Below, in pieces: positions 8,360-14,712 of a stretch of 17,850 nt of DNA. The notes below the pieces were generated by a model. It was not told the origin of the DNA, made no database searches, and saw only the letters and a list, made by a program, of their open reading frames with translations. Both the position numbers and the translations under genes were made by a program. This stretch comes from Gemmatimonadales bacterium (GTDB lineage Bacteria > Gemmatimonadota > Gemmatimonadetes > Gemmatimonadales > GWC2-71-9). The stretch spans positions 1-17,850 of the forward strand of contig JBDIWC010000069.1 in NCBI GenBank assembly GCA_039794085.1, in the 5' to 3' direction. Every line of letters starts with the position of its first letter. Positions within the stretch are counted from its first letter, which is position 1.

Positions 8360-8410
8360 GTCATCCCGAGCCGAAGGCGAGGAGCCTGCCCCGAGCTTGC
8401 GAGGGGATCT
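8360..8410. repeat. GTCATCCCGAGC..GCGAGGG(G)ATCT-type extragenic repeat, degenerate or composite
   Basis: GTCATCCCGAGCCGAAGGCGAGGAGCCTGCCCCGAGCTTGCGAGGGGATCT resembles the widespread GTCATCCYGAGCGNAGCGAGGGATCT palindromic repeat. This is recognised from memory and was not searched. Confidence 0.5.
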
Positions 8411-8522
8411 GAGACGGTTCCCTCGCACTTCCTGCCGTCGCGACCACGGTGGTTGCCCGGCCACCCTGATCCCAACGGCGTCGCAGTCCTTCGTTTCATC
8501 CCCGCTCCCTACTCCCCGCTCC

Positions 8523-8843
8523 CTACTCCCGATCTTCCGATTCCCTATCTTCCCCTTCCCCCCCCCACCCCCCGACCCACCCTTTCTGACGGGCGATGGC
8601 GAGAAGTTTCCGGGTCCGGTTGACGCCGTACTTCCGGAACATGTGGCGCAGGTGGAAGTCCACGCTTCCCTCGGCGGCCAGTCCGAGCCGCTCGGCTGCC
8701 TCGGCGCGGGTGAGGTGCTGGTCGAGGAGGCGCAGCACCTTCAGTTCCGTCGGTGTGGGTACGGGAAGGTCGTCACGCTCCGGCATCGACTCCCGTTCCT
8801 GGTGTGGGGATGTTCCTCCCGATCGCTTCTGCTCCGCTGACAT
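8523..8843 (-). CDS. Stand-alone LuxR/GerE-type helix-turn-helix transcriptional regulator, 106 aa
   Basis: PTPTELKVLRLLDQHLTRAEAAERLGLAAEGSVDFHLRHMFRKYGVNRT..LAIARQKGW is the LuxR C-terminal HTH pattern. ATG 8843 has a GGAGG RBS. No receiver or autoinducer domain is present. Confidence 0.85.
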   Translation of the reverse strand: MSAEQKRSGGTSPHQERESMPERDDLPVPTPTELKVLRLLDQHLTRAEAAERLGLAAEGSVDFHLRHMFRKYGVNRTRKLLAIARQKGWVGGWGGEGEDRESEDRE

Positions 8844-9388
8844 CTGTTTCCCCTCCGTTCTTCGGGGCTCATGGCGATGGATCTCGTTCCCCCGCGGGGA
8901 CCTTCTGGGGCGAAAGCGAGGTCCGGTTTCCCCTTGCGCCTTCGGGGAACCAGGGGCCAATCTGGGGAGTTTCCTTGAATTTTCCTTGAACAACGTCGTC
9001 GTCCCAAAATCTGCTCAGTTCAGACTTCTTGCTATGTGCAATGAATGCAAGAATTTACAACGGGGCCACAGGGAAAGACGTGGCCGGTGGCGGTGAGGGA
9101 TTTGCTGCTGCCTGGGGGAGATGGTGGAGGGGAGTGAAACCGGCGTTTCCGGCACCCTACAGGAAACTTGTAGCTTGCGCGATTTTGCGCCGAGCGCGAG
9201 CTTGGCTGAGACCGATGCAGCAGTGCACCTGATGAGAGAGCCGGAGTGCAGATGCGGACAGGATCGGAATGAACGGGAAGATAATGGAGCGCTTTGGGCG
9301 AGTACCGTGGCTGCACGCGTGTAAGGTCGATCTCGTGGACGGACGCGTGGCGCCGAACAGGGTCGCAAGGCGACAAGGGGATAGAGAC

Positions 9389-10477
9389 ATGAACGTGGTG
9401 GCCATCCGGAGCTTTCACTGCGGCAGGTACGCGCTGCGATGCCGGAGAAGCGTCCTGACGCTGTACCTGCTCCTCGGTGCTGTGAGCGCGTGTCAGAATG
9501 AGGATTACGCCCATGCCCGCGGAGAAGCTCCTGGCCCCGTCGGCTCCCTTCGTGATCTCCTGCACATCGTCGATAGCCTCCGGATCGAGGAATCTCCCGC
9601 GTCACTCGTGGTAAATCCCTTTGTCACGAGTGATAGCGCCGGGTTTCTGGTGGCCGATATGAGCGAAGGCCAGATTCGACGGTACGGGAGGGACGGACGC
9701 TTGCGGTGGACGGCGGGGCAGAAGGGTTGGGGGCCGGGGGAACTGCAGCTCCCTGCCCAGGCGGTCTCCGTGGGGGAACATGAGTACGTCGTGGTGGATG
9801 GGCGGAGGGGTATTCTCGATTTGTCGCGTGACGAAGGGAGTGGTGAGTGGAGAACTGTCTCGACAGCTCTTGGCAGGCCATTCCAGGTTGCTGTACTGGG
9901 GGGCGGTACGGTTCTTGTGGCGGGATACTGGGGAAACCGCCCCACTTCGGATCGAGCGCCGCTCATGCATTTCCTCGATATGGCGACGGGGGCTGTCGAC
10001 AGCAGTATCGTACCCATGCCAGGGACTGACCTGGAGAGGACTACAGCCCTGAACGCCGGTGTTGTTGCGTTCGCAGCGATTGGGGATACCCTCCTCCTGA
10101 CCGTTGGTGCGATTGATACAGTCTACCGATATCTTATGTCCGGCACACGCCTTTCTGCGACAGCAATCGCCTCCAAGCATTTCCAGAAGGTCGCCCTTAT
10201 GCCCGGCAGCGTCCCGCGTCAGATGTGGCGTGAGTCCTTTTCGAGACATCGCAAAATATACGCTTTGACGGAGGGCCGGGTTCTGGTCTCGCACGTACGC
10301 CTATGGTCAGGGGAGCATGTTTGGGGAACGGTCGTCATAAGTCACGATGGGTCCACGTTACTTGATGTATTGCATCGGGAGCCATTGCTGACGGTACTGG
10401 GTGACACTCTTGTCTTCGGTAGTGGAATCGACCCGGCGCGATGGTATTTGGGTACCATACCCGGTTGGGATGGATGA
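9389..10477 (+). CDS. 6-bladed beta-propeller (NHL / DUF5128-like) lipoprotein, ~362 aa
   Basis: Lipobox-like LLLGAVSA-C35. FLVADMSEGQIRRYGRDGRLRWTAGQKGWGPGELQLP matches the GxxGxGPGE propeller motif, followed by repeated beta-strand blades. Upstream ATG 9269 is a possible start. Confidence 0.78.
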   Translation: MNVVAIRSFHCGRYALRCRRSVLTLYLLLGAVSACQNEDYAHARGEAPGPVGSLRDLLHIVDSLRIEESPASLVVNPFVTSDSAGFLVADMSEGQIRRYGRDGRLRWTAGQKGWGPGELQLPAQAVSVGEHEYVVVDGRRGILDLSRDEGSGEWRTVSTALGRPFQVAVLGGGTVLVAGYWGNRPTSDRAPLMHFLDMATGAVDSSIVPMPGTDLERTTALNAGVVAFAAIGDTLLLTVGAIDTVYRYLMSGTRLSATAIASKHFQKVALMPGSVPRQMWRESFSRHRKIYALTEGRVLVSHVRLWSGEHVWGTVVISHDGSTLLDVLHREPLLTVLGDTLVFGSGIDPARWYLGTIPGWDG

Positions 10478-10503
10478 AACCGTCGCGTGATCCGGAGGTC
10501 ACA

Positions 10504-10980
10504 ATGCAGAGATTGATAGGAGCAGCTCTCACCGTCCTGATCGGATCCATCGGGTCGTCAGGATGCACGGGGGTCGGGCATCGGGATGGCGTCGAAGACT
10601 CGCACGCTGCGAGTGGGGAGATAGTCCTGGTCTGGGCTGTCAGTGCGCGCGAATGTGTCAGTTGTCAAATGGACGCGCATTCTCTCCGCCAGATTCTCAG
10701 TACCCTTAAGGTGCCGCTCGTCGTCCAGAGACGAGAGGCTGACGCATCTGTTGTGGACGGATTTCTCCGGCGTGAACGAATCTCATCCGAAGCAGTAGAT
10801 ACACGCACCGTACGAGTTGGAGCAAGCGGAGGGGCTTGGACGGTGGTGACCGGAGGACGGGTGACTGCCAGAGAAGATTATTCCCTCAACGTCCGTGGGG
10901 ATGGGTTACGGGCGCTACGTGTTGTCTCCGAGCGCGCAGGTTTGGTGCCGTCAGGTACACGGACTGGCGAAGGTCTGTGA
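10504..10980 (+). CDS. Putative lipoprotein with a thioredoxin-like CxxC motif, 158 aa
   Basis: GGAGG RBS before ATG 10504 (alternative ATG 10474 overlaps the upstream stop). The hydrophobic N-terminus ends in SSG-C21. Beta-strand IVLVWAV is followed by ARECVSCQ. Confidence 0.68.
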   Translation: MQRLIGAALTVLIGSIGSSGCTGVGHRDGVEDSHAASGEIVLVWAVSARECVSCQMDAHSLRQILSTLKVPLVVQRREADASVVDGFLRRERISSEAVDTRTVRVGASGGAWTVVTGGRVTAREDYSLNVRGDGLRALRVVSERAGLVPSGTRTGEGL

Positions 10981-11139
10981 AAGCGGGTAGAGAATGGGCA
11001 GCTGTAGAGCCGGATTGTATGACCTCATGACGACAGGAATAAGAGTACGTACCTCGAAGTGCCGATGGAGCGTCAGGTGCTCCGGCGGCTTCACGGGTGG
11101 CGAACACCGCCACCACTACCACTTAACCGGAGGTGTCAA

Positions 11140-11322
11140 ATGAAGGGACTGATCCTGAGGGTCTCCGCCGTGCTGCTGGTCATCGGGGCCGCGCCGCTGT
11201 CCCCTGGTGTGGCTGAGTGGCGCGAGGGTGCGCTGACCGACTACTTCTTGGAGCCCGACTGCGAGCATCGGGAGTGCGTGCCGTCGAACCCTGGCGAGGA
11301 GTGCTGCATCTACTGGGTGTAG
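11140..11322 (+). CDS. Small secreted cysteine-rich peptide, 60 aa
   Basis: GGAGG RBS 6 nt before the ATG. Signal peptide MKGLILRVSAVLLVIGAAPLSPGVA, then EWREGALTDYFLEPDCEHRECVPSNPGEECCIYWV (C-x4-C-x8-CC). Codons are GC3-rich and stem-loops follow immediately. Confidence 0.75.
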   Translation: MKGLILRVSAVLLVIGAAPLSPGVAEWREGALTDYFLEPDCEHRECVPSNPGEECCIYWV

Positions 11323-11355
11323 ATGCGATCTCATGTCGTAGTCAGTCGTGGTCAG

Positions 11356-11433
11356 GGGAACCGACGATGGTGTTATGATCGTCGGTTCCCTCAGGGCGAT
11401 GTGTGCGATGGGGGATGCCTGTGGCGTCCCCCA
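11356..11433 (+). terminator. Two tandem stem-loops after the peptide gene (terminator or mRNA stabiliser)
   Basis: GGGAACCGACGAT(11356-68)/ATCGTCGGTTCCC(11378-90) is a perfect 13-bp stem. TGGGGGATGCC(11409-19)/GGCGTCCCCCA(11423-33) is an 11-bp stem with one G-U pair. There is no clear poly-U tail. Confidence 0.5.
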
Positions 11434-11625
11434 CTTGTATGGAGGCGTAGGAAATTGGAGGACAGGCCTGTACCGGGGTGATTCTCGGGGACCCGGTACT
11501 TGACGGGAATTGGAGGTTGAGGTAAGAATTGTCCTTGAGCCAAGCTTCTCGGAGCATTTCGCGATTCTGGCCCTGTGGAAAGGCGGCACACCAACATGCT
11601 CATAGCACCTAAGCCCTCGAGTGAC

Positions 11626-12459
11626 ATGCATAACCACGCAACATCCTTTCCGCTACTTCGGCCGGGGGGGGGGGGCCGTAAGCCGTGGAATGGTGTAGCG
11701 GTAGTGGCGTCGGTGTGTGTCCTACTTGCCTTTCTCCTGGTCACCGGATCAGTTCAGGCCCAGCACGTGCTTCGCGGCTACGTCGTTGATACGACGGGGG
11801 CTGACCTCGCTGGAGTGGAAATCGTCCTGACAGGGACAGGACATAGTGCCACCACCGACAGCAAGGGTCGATACACAGTCACCGGGATTCCTCCCGGGCG
11901 GTTCGAGGTTGTGTTTCGCCGACTCGGATACGCACCGCTGGCGATGTTCCGGAGCTTCATGGGGGACACCGGCACGGCGGTGGTGGACGTGGAACTGGCG
12001 TCCGAGGTGGTGGTACTGCCCGAGGTGGAGACCCGCGGGCGGGGGCCGGCTGAGGTGCCCCTGAAGCTCCGGGAGTGGGCCCGGCGGCGGCAGTTCAACG
12101 TGGTAGGGAAGTTCTGGGATGATTCGCTTCTCCGCACGAAGGAGTATCAGCGACTCCCTGAACTGCTGCAGGGAATCGGTGCCGTCCGGATCATACGGGC
12201 CGCGGGAGGGAGATTCCTTGCGTCGGCACGAGGTTCCTATCCAAAAAAACCGCTGGATCCCAGGGTTCCAGCCGCCTGTTACGTCGAGGTGCTCCTGGAT
12301 GGGGCACGCCTGTCGTCGGTCTATACTCCGGCAAACCTCGACGACATTCCAATCCAGCAGATTGCCGCCATGGAGTTGTACCGGTCCATCTCAGAACTCC
12401 CGATCGAATTCCAGTGGCCCGGATCGGCTTGTGGCGTCCTGGCTATCTGGACACGGTAA
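11626..12459 (+). CDS. Secreted carboxypeptidase-regulatory-like domain + TonB-dependent-receptor plug-like domain protein with no beta-barrel, ~277 aa
   Basis: Signal peptide ending VQA-Q. LRGYVVDTTG..TTDSKGRY..PGRFEVVFRRLGY fits CarboxypepD_reg-like. The C-terminal LLDG..NLDDIPIQQIAAMELYRS..CGVLAIWTR fits a plug. The start is uncertain (11575, 11596, 11626 or a downstream GTG). Confidence 0.8.
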   Translation: MHNHATSFPLLRPGGGGRKPWNGVAVVASVCVLLAFLLVTGSVQAQHVLRGYVVDTTGADLAGVEIVLTGTGHSATTDSKGRYTVTGIPPGRFEVVFRRLGYAPLAMFRSFMGDTGTAVVDVELASEVVVLPEVETRGRGPAEVPLKLREWARRRQFNVVGKFWDDSLLRTKEYQRLPELLQGIGAVRIIRAAGGRFLASARGSYPKKPLDPRVPAACYVEVLLDGARLSSVYTPANLDDIPIQQIAAMELYRSISELPIEFQWPGSACGVLAIWTR

Positions 12460-12467
12460 GGAAGTGT

Positions 12468-12495
12468 GTAGGGGCCGTTCGCGAAGGGCCCCTAC
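12468..12495. repeat. GTAG-type REP-like palindrome
   Basis: GTAGGGGCC-GTTCGCGAAG-GGCCCCTAC, 8 bp after the stop codon. Confidence 0.7.
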
Positions 12496-12565
12496 CTTGG
12501 TGAAGTGTGACGGGGTCCCGTCGGTTCCGGTACGGCGAAGGCGCAAGTAAGGAGATGACAGGGAA

Positions 12566-14350
12566 ATGATCACGTGGCGTCACATCGCGTGGATCTCCAC
12601 GCTGGGTTTGCTCATGGCCGGTCCGTCCCCCCTGTCGGCTCAGGCCATTCGAGTCACCCTCGTCGAGGAGGGAACAGGCAATCCAGCGCCAAGCAGTCTC
12701 GTCTCGCTGCTGTCGGAGTCGGGATCGAGACTCGTCCAGATGCTGGCCGACGAGTTCGGGCGGGTGGTCCTCCCGGTACCGGGACTTGGGCGGTACCTGG
12801 TCCGCGGCGACCGGATCGGTTTTCTGAGCCACACGTCCGACCCGGTGTCCATCGTGTCACGTGACACGGTCTCGCTCCGCCTCACCCTCCCGATGACGCG
12901 ATTCGTGCTGCCGGATGTGACCGTGATGGCCGAGTCACGATGCACGACGACGGGAGTGGAACGACGCGACATCAGCGCGGTCTGGGAGGAGGCGCGAAGG
13001 GCTCTCACCTCCACAATGCTGACCCGCGAACAGATCCGGCCGGTGTTGCAGGTGACCGGGCATGAACGGGAATGGGACGCGGAGGACCATCTCGTGCGGG
13101 AGGACACCTCCTTTGCGAAACGGGGGACCGGAGCTCCCTTCCACACCCTCCCGGATGACACCCTGCTCCTCGAAGGGTTCTCGCGCGAGGAACACGGGAC
13201 CCGGATGTTCTACGCCCCGGATGCGGGAGTTCTGCTCAGCGAGGGCTTTCTGGGGAGTCATTGCTTCACACTCGTGTCGGACAGTCGCAATGGCGGGGCG
13301 CGGGTCGGCCTCCATTTTGAGCCGGCCCCGGGCCGCACCGTTCCGGACATAGTAGGCACCCTCTGGCTCGATCGGGTCGAGAATCTGTTGCGGGAGGTGG
13401 AATTCGAGTATGTCAATGTGGAGCCCCCCTGGGATCGCCATCGCCCCCAGGGGCAGGTCCGCTTCAAGCGGATTCTCGGCCTCGGGTGGATCGTCAGTGA
13501 ATGGAAGATCCGCATGCCCCGGGTGGTGGTGGAGGAGGTGCGCCCCTCACGCATTGGGACCCGGGCACCGGCTGGGGATGGCAGGCGACGGGTGACCCGT
13601 GTCGAGGAGACCGACCGAGCCCCGGTAGCCCCCGAAATCCGTACCCGATTCGTACCGCGGGGGACGTGGGAACAGAGCGGGTATGCGGTCGTGGCCGAAT
13701 CGAGGGCGGGGAATCAGCCCGACGGGGCGATCGGGGGGGTGATCACTGGCGTCGTGTACGACTCGGTGATCGGCATGGGACTCGCGGGCGCCGAGGTGTC
13801 TCTCGCCGAGAGCCGCAGCGCTGCCCTGACCGATTCGACGGGTCGCTACCTCCTGTCTGTCGGGGTCAGCGGCCCGGTCCGCGTGCGCATCACTCACCCC
13901 TTGTTTGACATCCTTGGGGTTCCTCCGCTGCACGAGGCCGTGGTTCCGGACGGAGGGATTGTGCGGCTGAATGCGGTTACCCCCGGTAGGGAGAGCTGGC
14001 TCCTCGCGCAATGCGGTCGCAAGATGGTTCGTAACGACCAACTGGGAGCTCTGGTGGGACGCCTGCCGGGGACTCCGGGGGACACACCAGGGCGGCGTAG
14101 CAAGATCCGGGTGTCCTGGGTTGCGGCGAGCGTCACCCAGCCGGGCAGCACCGTGGTGACCGTAGTGCGCCGGGGGAACCTGGACGTGACCACCGACGAG
14201 GAAGGGCGGTTTCTGGTCTGTGAGATCCCCCTGGGCGTACCCCTGCGGATGCGGGTAAACGGGGAGGCGGATTACCGGGTCGAGCCATTGACGCCCGAGC
14301 AACGGATAGCGGTCTTCCCCTTGGCCGCAGGGGGCGACCGGTCGCGATAG
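12566..14350 (+). CDS. Secreted multi-domain carboxypeptidase-regulatory-like domain protein, 594 aa
   Basis: AAGGAG/AGGGA RBS and a signal peptide ending LSA-Q. N-terminal ADEFGR..GRYLVRGDRIGF; central VWEEARRALT..FYAPDAGVLLSEGFLGSHCF..DIVGTLWLD; a second CarboxypepD-like repeat ITGVVYDS..TDSTGRY; and a last one TTDEEGRFLVCEIP. Confidence 0.85.
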   Translation: MITWRHIAWISTLGLLMAGPSPLSAQAIRVTLVEEGTGNPAPSSLVSLLSESGSRLVQMLADEFGRVVLPVPGLGRYLVRGDRIGFLSHTSDPVSIVSRDTVSLRLTLPMTRFVLPDVTVMAESRCTTTGVERRDISAVWEEARRALTSTMLTREQIRPVLQVTGHEREWDAEDHLVREDTSFAKRGTGAPFHTLPDDTLLLEGFSREEHGTRMFYAPDAGVLLSEGFLGSHCFTLVSDSRNGGARVGLHFEPAPGRTVPDIVGTLWLDRVENLLREVEFEYVNVEPPWDRHRPQGQVRFKRILGLGWIVSEWKIRMPRVVVEEVRPSRIGTRAPAGDGRRRVTRVEETDRAPVAPEIRTRFVPRGTWEQSGYAVVAESRAGNQPDGAIGGVITGVVYDSVIGMGLAGAEVSLAESRSAALTDSTGRYLLSVGVSGPVRVRITHPLFDILGVPPLHEAVVPDGGIVRLNAVTPGRESWLLAQCGRKMVRNDQLGALVGRLPGTPGDTPGRRSKIRVSWVAASVTQPGSTVVTVVRRGNLDVTTDEEGRFLVCEIPLGVPLRMRVNGEADYRVEPLTPEQRIAVFPLAAGGDRSR

Positions 14351-14435
14351 CAGGTGGACGTGTGAGCCGGAGGTTCGAAGGGTGAGGGGTGAGCTGCGGA
14401 GTGCATCCGGCCGTGTGAACGGTCGCATGGCCGAG

Positions 14436-14536
14436 CCCGGGGCGAAAGCCCCGGGGATGTCGGCATGAAGACAGCGCGCGTTCACGTTGGCTGAAGCCAA
14501 CGCGATACACCCTCCGCGTGAATGCCCTGAAGGGCA
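14436..14536. repeat. Cluster of three short tetraloop hairpins (REP-like)
   Basis: CCCGGGGC-GAAA-GCCCCGGG (14436-55), CGTTGGC-TGAA-GCCAACG (14485-502) and TGCCC-TGAA-GGGCA (14523-36). Confidence 0.65.
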
Positions 14537-14712
14537 GTCTTCCTTCCCCGGGCCCCCGACCGCCGTGCGGGCCAACCGGGGTTGTGTGCTGTCCGGTGAA
14601 GCCGAACGTCTCCTCTCACACGGTATCACAGAGCAGTCTGGTCGATGATCCGGGACCCGGGAGGGATTGTATGTGGCCTGACCGAAGTGGATCTGCACGA
14701 TCTCCAAACCAC

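Noticed and set aside
8355..9605. ORFs 8355..8840 +, 8596..9096 +, 9015..9605 - and 9032..9565 -
   Set aside because: They overlap the LuxR gene, repeats, the regulatory region or the propeller gene on the opposite strand, and have no protein-like motifs.
11140..11322. Lanthipeptide, sactipeptide or ranthipeptide precursor
   Set aside because: It has a Sec-type hydrophobic signal rather than a leader peptide, and no modifying enzymes or C39 exporter are in the window.
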